This document shows, piece after piece, positions 28,131-38,314 of a stretch of DNA of 38,860 bases. Each line of letters opens with the position of its first letter. Position 1 is the first letter of the stretch. A program made the translations under genes and the position numbers. The stretch is taken from the sequence record SRR20825019_232. One strand, written 5' to 3'. The notes under the pieces are model-generated. The model searched no databases, was not told the DNA's origin, and was given only the letters and a program-made list of their open reading frames with translations.

Positions 28131-29975
28131 TTACTCTACAGTTACAGATTTCGCTAAATTTCTTGGCTGATCGACATTACATCCACGCATAACAGCAATG
28201 TGATACGAGAGTAATTGAAGCGGAATAGTTGCCAATAATGGAACTAAATGCTCGTCAGTTTCAGGAATTTCAATCACGTGATCTGCAAGTTCTTTAACCT
28301 GAGTGTCGCCTTCAGTTACAATCGCAATAATTTTTCCTTTTCTCGCTTTCACCTCTTGGATATTGCTCACCACTTTCTCGTACGATGTTCCTTTCGTTGC
28401 AATAACAAAAACGGGCATAGCATCGTCAATTAGTGCAATTGGACCGTGCTTCATTTCTGCTGCCGGATAACCTTCCGCATGGATGTAAGAAATTTCTTTG
28501 AGCTTCAATGCGCCTTCTAGTGCTACAGGGAATGAACTTCCTCGTCCAAGGTAAAGTGCATTCGTAGCGTGTTGATATTGAGAAGAGATAAATTCGATCT
28601 TTTCATTCGCTTCAAGTACGCGTTGAACTTTCACAGGAATAGCTTCCAATTCTGAAAGCATTGTGCGGAATTTCGATTCGCTGATTGTTCCCTTTTTATG
28701 CGCTAGAGACAGAGCCATAAGCGTTAAAACAGTTACTTGAGCAGTAAATGCTTTTGTTGAAGCAACACCGATTTCTGGACCAGCGTGCGTATATGAACCA
28801 GCGTCTGTAATTCTTGAAATAGAAGAACCTACAACGTTACAAATTCCTAAAATTGTTGCGCCTTTGGATTTTGCCAATTCCAACGCGGCTAGTGTGTCTG
28901 CTGTTTCTCCAGATTGAGAAATGGCGATTACCACATCTTTTTCTGTGATGATAGGGTTACGGTACCTGAATTCACTAGCGTATTCTACTTCAACATTAAT
29001 TCTTGCGAGGTCTTCAAACAAGTATTCACCTACCAAACCTGCATGCCAAGATGTTCCACATGCAATCATTATAATCCGATTGGCTTTGATTAATTTCTGC
29101 TCGTAGTCTTTGATTCCTCCTAGAGAAACCCAACCTTGAGCAGCATTCAATCTACCACGGAAACAATCTTCAATAGATCGTGGTTGCTCGTGAATTTCTT
29201 TCAACATGAAATGCTCGTATCCGCCTTTTTCTAGAGCTTCTAGGTGCAATTCAAGTTCTTGGATGTAAGGAGCTTTCTCTACATCGTCAATGCTGTATAA
29301 TTTCAATGCTTCACCACGCTTCAATACTGCAATTTCTTCGTCGTTCATATAAACAACTTGCTTAGTGTATTCTACGATTGGTGTTGCGTCAGAGGCTAGA
29401 TAGAAATCTCCATCTGTTCCAATTCCAACGACAAGTGGACTACTTTTTCTTGCTGCGATAAGCTTGTCTGGCTCATCTTTAGCCATTACCACAATAGCAT
29501 AAGCACCAACAACTTGTTGAAGTGCTAAACGAACAGATTCTCCGATTTTCGTGCCTGTATTCTTACGGATGTCATCGATAAGATAACAAAGTACTTCTGT
29601 ATCAGTATCACTTCTAAAAGTATATCCCTTACGAATAAGTTCTTTTTTTAGAAGGTCATAATTCTCAATAATCCCATTGTGAATGAGTGCAATATCTTGA
29701 TTTTCAGAATAATGCGGATGCGCATTAATGTCGTTTGGTTCACCGTGAGTTGCCCAACGCGTGTGACCAATACCAAGGGTCCCGCTAGTATTCTTGTCTT
29801 CAGTGAAGTCTTCAAGATTAGAAACTTTTCCTTGTTTTTTATAGATGTTGATGTCTCCACCTGTTGAAAGTGCAACACCTGCACTGTCATACCCACGATA
29901 TTCGAGTCGCTTTAAACCTTTTATGATAATAGGGAAAGCCTCTTTTTGTCCAATATATGCAACAATTCCACACAT
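28131..29975 (-). CDS. glmS: glutamine--fructose-6-phosphate aminotransferase
   Basis: MCGIV, LEYRGYDSAG, GHTRWATHG and PRNLAKSVTVE. Confidence 0.99.
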   Translation of the reverse strand: MCGIVAYIGQKEAFPIIIKGLKRLEYRGYDSAGVALSTGGDINIYKKQGKVSNLEDFTEDKNTSGTLGIGHTRWATHGEPNDINAHPHYSENQDIALIHNGIIENYDLLKKELIRKGYTFRSDTDTEVLCYLIDDIRKNTGTKIGESVRLALQQVVGAYAIVVMAKDEPDKLIAARKSSPLVVGIGTDGDFYLASDATPIVEYTKQVVYMNDEEIAVLKRGEALKLYSIDDVEKAPYIQELELHLEALEKGGYEHFMLKEIHEQPRSIEDCFRGRLNAAQGWVSLGGIKDYEQKLIKANRIIMIACGTSWHAGLVGEYLFEDLARINVEVEYASEFRYRNPIITEKDVVIAISQSGETADTLAALELAKSKGATILGICNVVGSSISRITDAGSYTHAGPEIGVASTKAFTAQVTVLTLMALSLAHKKGTISESKFRTMLSELEAIPVKVQRVLEANEKIEFISSQYQHATNALYLGRGSSFPVALEGALKLKEISYIHAEGYPAAEMKHGPIALIDDAMPVFVIATKGTSYEKVVSNIQEVKARKGKIIAIVTEGDTQVKELADHVIEIPETDEHLVPLLATIPLQLLSYHIAVMRGCNVDQPRNLAKSVTVE

Positions 29976-29986
29976 AAGCTGTTAAT

Positions 29987-31312
29987 TTAGAATTCTGTGT
30001 AGAGCACACGTAACTTTGGCTTCGCTTTGTTTCCAGACGAAGGACCATTGAATACAATGCGATCCACGGTTGTAATAAATAAGATAGGAGAGATAACAAG
30101 ATCTGTATTCTCTACTGTTCCATTGACGATACTTTGTACATGTTCGCGAATATCAACTTCGAAGTTCTTTTTTGAACTCGAGAATCCTGCTTTAATTCCT
30201 ACTCCCACAGAGAATAGTTTTGTTGAGCCAGGAGATTGTCGTCTTGCTACCGAAGCATCAATTCCAGGTGAGTATTTTGTCGCCGTTTGATACTGAACAG
30301 GAAGTTCTAAAACTGCCTTGTGAATGATGGCATTTTTTGGAATATTGTTCAATCCGGGAATGCTGATTGACGCTCTTGAACCAAATGATTGAGCATAGAA
30401 TTCAACTTGTCCCGCAGTCGGATTGTCAATTACATTTTGAACTTTTGTACCGGAATTATCAATTTCAACGTGATTGAAATCTGCAGCTTCGGTATTGATC
30501 AGCAAATCGTATTTCTTCGCTTCTCCATTCAGTGTATAATAAATTGTCGCTTTGGAAAGCGGATCGTTTAAGTTAAAATAAAACACACCTCCTTCACCGC
30601 TTGCTTGTGGACCGTTATTTGTTTTAATAAGGAGTCCCTTGAAATAATTGGAGAAGTTTTCGTTCGAAGAAAACGTAGTTGTATTCGTCATTGCCTCAAG
30701 CATCAATGCACGGGCTTTTACTGTATCCAATTGAATACGTAGTTGCGAATCAACGGTATCGCTTCCAATAACCGTTAATTTATTCGGATCCATTTTATTG
30801 ATTTCCTTGCCCGTAGCGATCAAATTGTCACTGTCAACTTGTTTTGTTGAAAATGAATAATAGGTTGAATCTATATGAAGACCATTTGGATCGATGATTT
30901 CGAAAACTTCAAATACTTGATCTCCCGTCTCTCCGTAAAATCCGATGTATTCTAGTCCAAGAACAAAAGAGTCAATAGCGATTGAATTTAAGTCTCCAAA
31001 ATCTGGATTAAATCCTGAAAGTCTAAATTGAGTGTAAACTTCTGAGCTAACTGTTCCGAATACTGGGTCGTTGTATGATCCAAGAAGGGCAAAAGCTGGA
31101 TTATCTGAAATCACTGAATCTACTTTAAAAGTAGAGGTGAACAACTGAAAAGTATCTATTCCAGCGGAGGACAATAAGTCGTTTGGGTCAATAGTATTTT
31201 GACCAATAGTTGTTTCTTTTTTCTTGCAAGCAACTACCATCAGTAGGGCAAACAAAAAAGTAGCGGAAAGGAATAATCCTTTCCGCCACGTTAATGGGTG
31301 AGTTATATTCAT
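29987..31312 (-). CDS. DUF4270-family lipoprotein
   Basis: lipobox VVAC; LLGSYNDPVFG; C-terminal KLRVLYT; position between glgA-like and glmS; likely ATG at 31312. Confidence 0.85.
   Translation of the reverse strand: MNITHPLTWRKGLFLSATFLFALLMVVACKKKETTIGQNTIDPNDLLSSAGIDTFQLFTSTFKVDSVISDNPAFALLGSYNDPVFGTVSSEVYTQFRLSGFNPDFGDLNSIAIDSFVLGLEYIGFYGETGDQVFEVFEIIDPNGLHIDSTYYSFSTKQVDSDNLIATGKEINKMDPNKLTVIGSDTVDSQLRIQLDTVKARALMLEAMTNTTTFSSNENFSNYFKGLLIKTNNGPQASGEGGVFYFNLNDPLSKATIYYTLNGEAKKYDLLINTEAADFNHVEIDNSGTKVQNVIDNPTAGQVEFYAQSFGSRASISIPGLNNIPKNAIIHKAVLELPVQYQTATKYSPGIDASVARRQSPGSTKLFSVGVGIKAGFSSSKKNFEVDIREHVQSIVNGTVENTDLVISPILFITTVDRIVFNGPSSGNKAKPKLRVLYTEF
31254..31289 (-). terminator. terminator-like hairpin inside the 5' end of the DUF4270 CDS
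   Basis: minus strand GTGGCGGAAAGGA-TTAT-TCCTTTCCGCTAC-TTTTTT. Confidence 0.6.
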
Positions 31313-31313
31313 C

Positions 31314-32135
31314 TTATATGAGAACTTCTGCTTCAATTACTTTGTCCAAAAATTCGGAAGTCGCTTTAATTTGATGTTCTTCTGCAGTCCATTCTAATTT
31401 TAGACAGTCTGCGTCATCAAATACCTGGCGAAGTTCCGGGCTTAATTCTTCACTTCCAACGCTAATTCCGTCGACATATTTCGCAATAGTTCGAGAAATG
31501 TTAACCATACTCGGATCTTTCACGCCATCTGTTACTTCGTCATCGAATCCGTCAAATTTAAGCTTTTCAGCAAATCGAGCGTCCCAAATAGTGTTAAAGC
31601 CTTCGTCGTACATGTGATAAACCACCTTTGTGTTCGCGAAATGCGGATCGTCTTTGTATAGTTTCTTGATATATAAAACCATTAAAGAACTCATCCAGCC
31701 GTTGCAATGAATTACATCGGGTTGCCATCCAAGTTTCTTAACTGTTTCCAAAACGCCGCGACAAAAGAACATAGAACGCTCATCATTATCTGGGTGCATT
31801 TTGCCATTATCAGTCTTTAACGTAGACTTTCTTCTAAAATATTCATCGTTGTCAATGAAATAAACCTGCATACGAGCAGACGAAATTGAGGCCACTTTGA
31901 TGATTAAAGGATGATCAGTATCATCAATTATCATGTTCATTCCAGAAAGGCGAATCACTTCATGAAGCTGGTGTCTTCGTTCATTGATCACTCCGAAACG
32001 CGGCATAAACACACGAATCTCTTTCCCTCCTTCTTGAACACCTTGTGCCAAGCTCCGAGTGGTCGATGAAATTTCAGACTTAGGTAAAAACGGGAATATC
32101 TCTTGAGATATGAAAAGCACTTTCTTTTTCTCCAT
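31314..32135 (-). CDS. glycogen/starch synthase N-terminal-domain protein (Glyco_transf_5)
   Basis: KVLFISQEIFPF, IRVFMPRFGVINERRHQLHEVIRLSG, DNDER and PDVIHCNGW; likely ATG at 32135; -7 TATTTTTG at 32162..32169. Confidence 0.88.
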   Translation of the reverse strand: MEKKKVLFISQEIFPFLPKSEISSTTRSLAQGVQEGGKEIRVFMPRFGVINERRHQLHEVIRLSGMNMIIDDTDHPLIIKVASISSARMQVYFIDNDEYFRRKSTLKTDNGKMHPDNDERSMFFCRGVLETVKKLGWQPDVIHCNGWMSSLMVLYIKKLYKDDPHFANTKVVYHMYDEGFNTIWDARFAEKLKFDGFDDEVTDGVKDPSMVNISRTIAKYVDGISVGSEELSPELRQVFDDADCLKLEWTAEEHQIKATSEFLDKVIEAEVLI

Positions 32136-32231
32136 GAAATTTTGATTGGTAAAAACGTTTACAAAAATATAGAAAAAAAAGCGGAAATTCAACAAAAACA
32201 AATAGATTTGTTTGTTTAGAAGGTTTTGAAA

Positions 32232-33077
32232 ATGGGTAATTCACACGTGTTTACGACGGTTGAATCGTTACAAGAAGAGCTAGCGTCGCACGAAATGAAT
32301 TCAATTGGATTCGTGCCTACGATGGGAGCATTACATCACGGACATCTCTCATTGGTGAGAAAGGCGTTAGAGGAGAATACTCGGGTGGTACTCAGTATTT
32401 TCGTAAATCCAACCCAGTTTAATAACAAGGAAGACCTCGAAAAGTACCCCCGTAATCTGCAAAAAGATATCGACCTTTTGAATACAATTGGTGATATTCT
32501 AGTCTTTGCACCAACGCCTGAGGAAGTGTATCCTAAAGAGTTTAAAAATATTGTTTTGGACCTCGGAAAACTTGAAACTGTCATGGAAGGAAAGTTTCGA
32601 AAAGGTCATTTCAAAGGGGTAGTGAACGTTGTAAAACGCTTATTTGACATCGTTCAACCTACTCGAGCGTACTTTGGATTGAAGGATTTTCAGCAGATTA
32701 CTGTCATCAAACACATGGTTAAAGTGCTCGCGCTTCCCGTGGAAATTATTGGATGTGATATAGTTCGTGAGTCTTCAGGACTCGCAAGTAGCAGCAGAAA
32801 TGTTCGTTTGTCTGACCGAGAAAAAGAGCAAGCAATTATTCTGTTCGATGCGCTTACAATCGCCAAGCAACTTTCGTCTAAGTATGGACCAACAGATGTG
32901 CAACGTCAAGTGGAAAGTATTTTTCTTTCAAGTAAATTGAAATTGGAATATTTCGAAATAGTTGATCCAGAGACACTTCTGCCGCTAAAAAAATGGGTAC
33001 CTGGAGCGAATGCATGTATTGCGGCTTATTGCGGAGAAGTTAGGCTTATTGACAACATGCAGCTCATCGAGAAATAA
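32232..33077 (+). CDS. panC: pantoate--beta-alanine ligase
   Basis: GFVPTMGALHHGH, SIFVNPTQF, FGLKDFQQ and RLIDN. Confidence 0.97.
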   Translation: MGNSHVFTTVESLQEELASHEMNSIGFVPTMGALHHGHLSLVRKALEENTRVVLSIFVNPTQFNNKEDLEKYPRNLQKDIDLLNTIGDILVFAPTPEEVYPKEFKNIVLDLGKLETVMEGKFRKGHFKGVVNVVKRLFDIVQPTRAYFGLKDFQQITVIKHMVKVLALPVEIIGCDIVRESSGLASSSRNVRLSDREKEQAIILFDALTIAKQLSSKYGPTDVQRQVESIFLSSKLKLEYFEIVDPETLLPLKKWVPGANACIAAYCGEVRLIDNMQLIEK

Positions 33078-33116
33078 AACAATTAGTTTACCTTTGCGTC
33101 GAAATCAAAGCAGATT

Positions 33117-33467
33117 ATGTTAATACAAGTTGTTAAATCGAAAATTCATCGCGTAAAAGTTACGCAAGCGGATTTGAACTATATTGGAAGTATTACTATC
33201 GACGAAGAGTTGATGAATGCGGCAAATATGATCGAAGGAGAGCGCGTTCAAATTGTAAATATCAACAATGGGGAGCGTTTCGAAACGTATGTAATAAAAG
33301 GAGAAGCTAAAACAGGAACAATTTGCTTAAATGGTCCAGCTGCACGAAGAGTTGCCGTTGGGGATATTATTATTGTGATCGGTTATGGTTTCATGGATTT
33401 CGAAGAAGCGAAATCGTTCAAACCTTCTTTGGTTTTTCCAAATGAGGAAACTAATCTAATCGACTAA
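33117..33467 (+). CDS. panD: aspartate 1-decarboxylase
   Basis: [14 protein letters not shown] and NGERFETY...CLNGPAAR; promoter TACCTTTG at 33089..33096. Confidence 0.98.
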   Translation: MLIQVVKSKIHRVKVTQADLNYIGSITIDEELMNAANMIEGERVQIVNINNGERFETYVIKGEAKTGTICLNGPAARRVAVGDIIIVIGYGFMDFEEAKSFKPSLVFPNEETNLID

Positions 33468-33470
33468 CGA

Positions 33471-34457
33471 TTGAAAGCACAAATCATAAAGATTCTCAAA
33501 ATTGTTTTACCAATTGGCTTAGGGGTTTACCTAACATGGTATTTTTTAAGCGGACTTTCGGAAAGTGATGTTGAACAAACAAAGAATGCGTTTGTTAATG
33601 CCGATTATTTTTGGGTTGGACTTGGTTTGATTGTTGCTTTTCTTAGTCACTTTAGTCGTGCTTATCGTTGGCAGTTTGCATTGGAACCACTTGGATTTAA
33701 GCCTAAATTGTCCAATTCTTACCATGCCGTGATGTCGGGTTATATCATTAACTACACAATTCCGAGATCGGGAGAAGTAGCACGTGCTGGTTTACTGGCA
33801 AATTATGAGGGAGTTCCTTTCGAAAAGGGATTTGCAACGATTGTTATTGAGCGCGTCATCGACTTAATGATGGCGGGAATTATCATTGTTATTTCGGGAT
33901 TTCTTCAGGCAAATTCAGATGAATTAAAGGCGATTTCTCAAACGGATAGTGGAGAACCGAGCTACCTGATTTGGTACATTCTCGGTGGAGCGGCAATTCT
34001 TGGAGCTATTGGTTTGATTGTTTATTTGAAAAGTCAAAAGATCAAAAGTCTTGTAAATGATAAATTGCGTGGTTTTGCGGAAGGATTAAAATCCATCTTA
34101 ACCATGAGGAAAAAGTGGGCGTATATCGGTCACACGGTCTTTATTTGGACGTGCTACGTGTCTATGATTTGGATTACAGCTCAGGCCTTCCCAGAAACAA
34201 AAGATATGCCTGTAGGTTGCGTATTCGCTGCGTTTGTGGTTGGAGCAACCGCTATTGGAGCAACTCCTGGGGGAATGGGATTTTATCCAATCTGGGTAAC
34301 AGGCGCATTAATGCTTTACGGCATTGATTTTAAGGCATTTGGAATTTTCGCTTGGGTAACTCAGACAGGTTTACTAGTCGTACTTGGATTACTTTCACTA
34401 TTTTTAATTCAGCGCCAAGCAAAAGTTGAGGGGGCTGAATTAAAAGAAAGTAAATGA
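33471..34457 (+). CDS. lysylphosphatidylglycerol synthase TM (YbhN/UPF0104) family membrane protein
   Basis: RAYRW, PRSGEVAR, ERVID and TPGGMG motifs; multi-TM. Confidence 0.88.
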   Translation: MKAQIIKILKIVLPIGLGVYLTWYFLSGLSESDVEQTKNAFVNADYFWVGLGLIVAFLSHFSRAYRWQFALEPLGFKPKLSNSYHAVMSGYIINYTIPRSGEVARAGLLANYEGVPFEKGFATIVIERVIDLMMAGIIIVISGFLQANSDELKAISQTDSGEPSYLIWYILGGAAILGAIGLIVYLKSQKIKSLVNDKLRGFAEGLKSILTMRKKWAYIGHTVFIWTCYVSMIWITAQAFPETKDMPVGCVFAAFVVGATAIGATPGGMGFYPIWVTGALMLYGIDFKAFGIFAWVTQTGLLVVLGLLSLFLIQRQAKVEGAELKESK

Positions 34458-34966
34458 CAAGAGTAGAATACATTCAGCACAAAATTGTTTCGTTAGAAGA
34501 AGCAAAAATGCGTGTAGAAATCTGGAAATTAAAAAATCAAAAAATCGCTTTTACGAATGGTTGCTTCGACATTCTTCACGAAGGTCATGTAACATATCTC
34601 GCTCAAGCTTCTGAATATGCGAACAAATTAATCGTTGGGATAAATACCGATGATTCAGTACGTCGCCAAGGAAAAGGACCAGATCGACCAGTGAACAATG
34701 AAATTTCTAGAGCCTTGGTTCTTGCCTCGTTGGGATTTGTAGATTTAGTAGTGCTTTTCAATGATGATACGCCACTAAATTTAATTGAAGCTTTGCGTCC
34801 TGGAGTATTGATGAAAGGTGCAGATTATGATCCGTATGAAACAGATCCGTCGTCCAAAAAGTACATCGTTGGATCGGATCTTATGCGAGAAAATAACGGA
34901 ATAGTAGTCGCCGTGCCTCTTGTGGATGGGTTTTCAACTACTGCGTTGATCAACAAATTGAAATAA
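34454..34966 (+). CDS. rfaE2: D-glycero-beta-D-manno-heptose 1-phosphate adenylyltransferase-like cytidylyltransferase
   Basis: FTNGCFDILHEGH, KGPDRPVN, KGADY and GFSTT. Confidence 0.88.
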   Translation: MTRVEYIQHKIVSLEEAKMRVEIWKLKNQKIAFTNGCFDILHEGHVTYLAQASEYANKLIVGINTDDSVRRQGKGPDRPVNNEISRALVLASLGFVDLVVLFNDDTPLNLIEALRPGVLMKGADYDPYETDPSSKKYIVGSDLMRENNGIVVAVPLVDGFSTTALINKLK

Positions 34967-35046
34967 TCGATTACTAACTTCCCTGATCAAATCACCACTG
35001 AACGTAACATTTTGTGTTCAGGCGCGTTTTTTGTATAAAGAATGGT

Positions 35047-36483
35047 ATGATTAAAAGTCTCCTTGTTTTTGCGCTTATTTTTTCAACGCTTTCGTCGTTT
35101 GGACAGCTGACGTTCAATAAAACCAAGCATGATTTCGGCGATCTAGAGGCGTATTCATTTCGTTTTGTGGACGTTGAATTAAAAAACAATGGAGCCAAGC
35201 AAGAATGGGTTTTAAGTGTAAAAAAGCCATTTGAGGTGATCTACATTACATCTAAGCAGATAATTGAAAAAGACAGTTCGATCATTCTTAGATTTCAAGT
35301 AAACCCTAAAGAAAAGGGAAGATTCAGCTACACGGTTCAGGTATTTACAAGCGATAGAGCAGAGGCAACAGACATTAAACTCACAGGAAATCTTCGGGAA
35401 GTTCAACAGGACGGTGGATCATCGTTCACTGCGTGTCCTAATTTTAGTGATCGACCGGGAGGAAAAAATCCAAATGATTTTGATTTAACGGTTGTAACAA
35501 TTGACAAGGAATCCAGAGAAACGCTAAGTAAATCGTCGGTTACAATGATTCAAGGTGGTCAACCCGTGTGGCAGAATAAAACAGACAAAAACGGAAAAAT
35601 AAAGGAAGAGTCAACGCTTGGGTTAAGTTATTTTTACGCGACGCATGAGGGATATTCTCCAGCGGAATTAGGCGCGTATGTCAATTTTCAACGGAACTAT
35701 ATTGTGTTGGAATTAATGAAGGACCCAACGATTGAGTTACCAATAATAATCGAAGATACAAACGTAATCGCAGATGTCCCGAATCCAGATCCTAAACCTG
35801 AGGAGATTGTGATAGAGATTTCAGAAACCTTGGAAGAGGAATTAAAACAAGAACCGACACCTGAAATTGTGGAGATTATGCCCGAACTTGCGGAACTTGA
35901 TCCCGAGAATTTTGACGAGCAGTATTTTGATCCTGTCAACGTCGTTTTTGTGCTGGATGTCTCTTCATCGATGCAACAGATTGATAAAATTGAGCTCATG
36001 AAGTATGCCCTTTTCCAGCTAACGGATATGATTCGTCCACAAGATAGAATGGGAATTGTAACTTATGCGTCGGATGCTCGAGTGTTGTTGCCAGCAACTT
36101 CTGGTGGAGACAAGCAAGCGATTAAAGCAGAGGTAGGTGAACTAAAGGCATTTGGATTCACAGCAGGCGGAAGTGGAATTAAACTTGGATTTAAGCAAGC
36201 GAATAAATCGAAGATTGAAGGTGGAGTAAATCATGTAATTGTGATTACCGACGGAGCATTCAATAGAAATTCTGCAGATTACAAAAAGTACGTTAAGAAG
36301 TATCAGAAGAAAGGAATAACGATGTCCGTGGTGGGAATCAAAAACAAACCTAACGACGAAGACGAAATGCGAGAAGCTGCGGAACTTGGAAAGGGAAGAT
36401 ACATTCCGATCTTTAAATTGGCGGATGCCCAGCGAAACCTAAAGCAAGAAATTCGTGTACTCTCGTTTAAAAAACGAAAATAG
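35047..36483 (+). CDS. secreted VWA-domain protein with DUF1573-like N-terminal Ig domain
   Basis: signal peptide from ATG 35047; FNKTKHDFGDL; MIDAS LDVSSSM and ITDGAFN. Confidence 0.85.
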   Translation: MIKSLLVFALIFSTLSSFGQLTFNKTKHDFGDLEAYSFRFVDVELKNNGAKQEWVLSVKKPFEVIYITSKQIIEKDSSIILRFQVNPKEKGRFSYTVQVFTSDRAEATDIKLTGNLREVQQDGGSSFTACPNFSDRPGGKNPNDFDLTVVTIDKESRETLSKSSVTMIQGGQPVWQNKTDKNGKIKEESTLGLSYFYATHEGYSPAELGAYVNFQRNYIVLELMKDPTIELPIIIEDTNVIADVPNPDPKPEEIVIEISETLEEELKQEPTPEIVEIMPELAELDPENFDEQYFDPVNVVFVLDVSSSMQQIDKIELMKYALFQLTDMIRPQDRMGIVTYASDARVLLPATSGGDKQAIKAEVGELKAFGFTAGGSGIKLGFKQANKSKIEGGVNHVIVITDGAFNRNSADYKKYVKKYQKKGITMSVVGIKNKPNDEDEMREAAELGKGRYIPIFKLADAQRNLKQEIRVLSFKKRK

Positions 36484-36522
36484 GAGATTTTATTCGCAGT
36501 TTCAATTATCTTCAATGGTTGA

Positions 36523-37317
36523 ATGAATACTTTTCTACTCAACATTGAACCAGTAAAGGGATTGCCAACATGGGTTGTTGCCTTGCTTTTCTTTGGTCCG
36601 TTCAGTACTGGATTGTTCATTTATTTCTACAATACGCGACATGCACGTTCTTGGCGAAAGGGGATTTTCCCTCCTAAACTCAAGCCCACCGAGGATAATT
36701 TTTTAGAAGCTTATCTCGCTATTGCCGCGAAAATGATGCTACTCGATTATCATGAGAATCGGGAAAAAATTCAATTCATCAATACCTATTTCAACAAGTA
36801 TTTCAAGTTCGCGAATTACAATTTTGGCGATTCATTCTTGTTTTCAATCAAATACCCAATTAAATTACCGACTGTTCTCAATTGGATTAAAGAGCATCAT
36901 GCTTCTCAGGGAGAAAGGATCAATGTCGTTTATTTTCTAACGGGCTTGTCAATGATTTCAGGTAAGATGTCCAAGAGAGAATTGGCATTTATCGTTGATG
37001 TATGCAATCAACTGGAAATTTCAACCCCGGAGTTAGAGCGCATTATTCGGATATATTTGTCCTACAACGAATCGAGAAAAGAGGAGAATAAGGAACACCG
37101 TTCACGCAGGACAACCATTTCGAAAAATGAAGAGTATCGCACTATTTTGGGTGTTACCGAAGGCGCGACTATGGAAGAAATTAAGTCAGCGTACAGGAAG
37201 TTAGTAAAAGTGCATCATCCGGACCGTTTTGCGACTTCAACAGACGCGCAGCAAAAGATGGCAACTGAGAAGTTCGTATTGATTCAAGAAGCGTATGAGG
37301 CGTTGATGAAAGGATAA
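36523..37317 (+). CDS. DjlA-like membrane co-chaperone (TM + TerB-like + J domain)
   Basis: C-terminal J domain EIKSAYRKLVKVHHPD...IQEAYE. Confidence 0.85.
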   Translation: MNTFLLNIEPVKGLPTWVVALLFFGPFSTGLFIYFYNTRHARSWRKGIFPPKLKPTEDNFLEAYLAIAAKMMLLDYHENREKIQFINTYFNKYFKFANYNFGDSFLFSIKYPIKLPTVLNWIKEHHASQGERINVVYFLTGLSMISGKMSKRELAFIVDVCNQLEISTPELERIIRIYLSYNESRKEENKEHRSRRTTISKNEEYRTILGVTEGATMEEIKSAYRKLVKVHHPDRFATSTDAQQKMATEKFVLIQEAYEALMKG

Positions 37318-37333
37318 TTTATGGATTTTAATT

Positions 37334-37738
37334 ATGGATAAAACAATAACGCTGGGAATTCTTCTGTTAGCTTATTCGGCCATATATCTAATCGCCTTTT
37401 TTGTGTTGGGAGGACAATATAGCTCGAGAAAACAAGAAATTAACCGCTGTCTTTTGCTTATGCGATCAGGGAAATATAACTCAGAGCGACTAGATGAAAA
37501 AGTTCAAGTTTTGCTTGGAAAAGTGAAGAGAATACGAAGATTTGCAGTATGTGTATTTTGTGGATTGCTAATGATTCATCTGCTATTAAATGCTCTTACG
37601 TTAAATGATGGGGGAGTATATATTTACATATTTGTTTCTTGGGGTTTGTTCTCTTTTCTAATAGTTTTGGTTTTCCTACTCAAGGGACAAGGAACGATAG
37701 ATTCTAATCGAAGAATGCATGGAGGAATGAGAATTTGA
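37334..37738 (+). CDS. small membrane protein
   Basis: 134 aa with three hydrophobic segments. Confidence 0.6.
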   Translation: MDKTITLGILLLAYSAIYLIAFFVLGGQYSSRKQEINRCLLLMRSGKYNSERLDEKVQVLLGKVKRIRRFAVCVFCGLLMIHLLLNALTLNDGGVYIYIFVSWGLFSFLIVLVFLLKGQGTIDSNRRMHGGMRI

Positions 37739-37849
37739 AATGTTAAATAATTGAATTTCACCGAAATTTAGGAGAAAGATAGTCGGAGTTCCTTAAATTA
37801 GAGATAACGGATAGGTTTTTAAATTTCTAACCAAATAACCATACTTGAA

Positions 37850-38305
37850 ATGATTCGATATTTTGTATTTGTTGTACTAATCGGCTTAAGCTTTATTTTC
37901 TGGAGTGTTTCTTCATCTGTACATATGGAAGAGAAGCTCAGTGGAAATCATGTCGAAGGTTTTATTCCAGAGTTGGTCAACGGCTTACCAATGAAGGAAA
38001 GTATAGGCGGATCATGTAGTATTCACATTTCACATGAACAATTGAGAGCGCAGAAGGAAATAGAGTTAGATTTTTCCGAAGAATGTGACAGTGTGAGAAT
38101 TTACATTCCAGTTGGTGGTACAGTTACACATGCTGGACTCTACAAAGATTCCGTTTCTAGGGAGTTAATTGCAGAGACTCCGTCGATTACACTGGGTGAG
38201 AATAGTAATAATTACATGACGTTGGGCAAAGAATTAAAAGGAAGATTTTACCTGAGTTATGGTTCGTGTCATTGGGGAAGTCGAATGTGGATTGTGATAA
38301 AGTAA
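37850..38305 (+). CDS. exported hypothetical protein
   Basis: 151 aa with hydrophobic N-terminus. Confidence 0.65.
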   Translation: MIRYFVFVVLIGLSFIFWSVSSSVHMEEKLSGNHVEGFIPELVNGLPMKESIGGSCSIHISHEQLRAQKEIELDFSEECDSVRIYIPVGGTVTHAGLYKDSVSRELIAETPSITLGENSNNYMTLGKELKGRFYLSYGSCHWGSRMWIVIK

Positions 38306-38314
38306 ACTTTGGAA

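Noticed and set aside
29976-29986. glmS ribozyme
   Set aside because: Only 11 nt separate DUF4270 from glmS and no ribozyme core is visible
37756-37801. Possible third TCACTA-N4-TAGTGA box (TCACCGAAATTTAGGAGA)
   Set aside because: Poor arm match and wrong spacing
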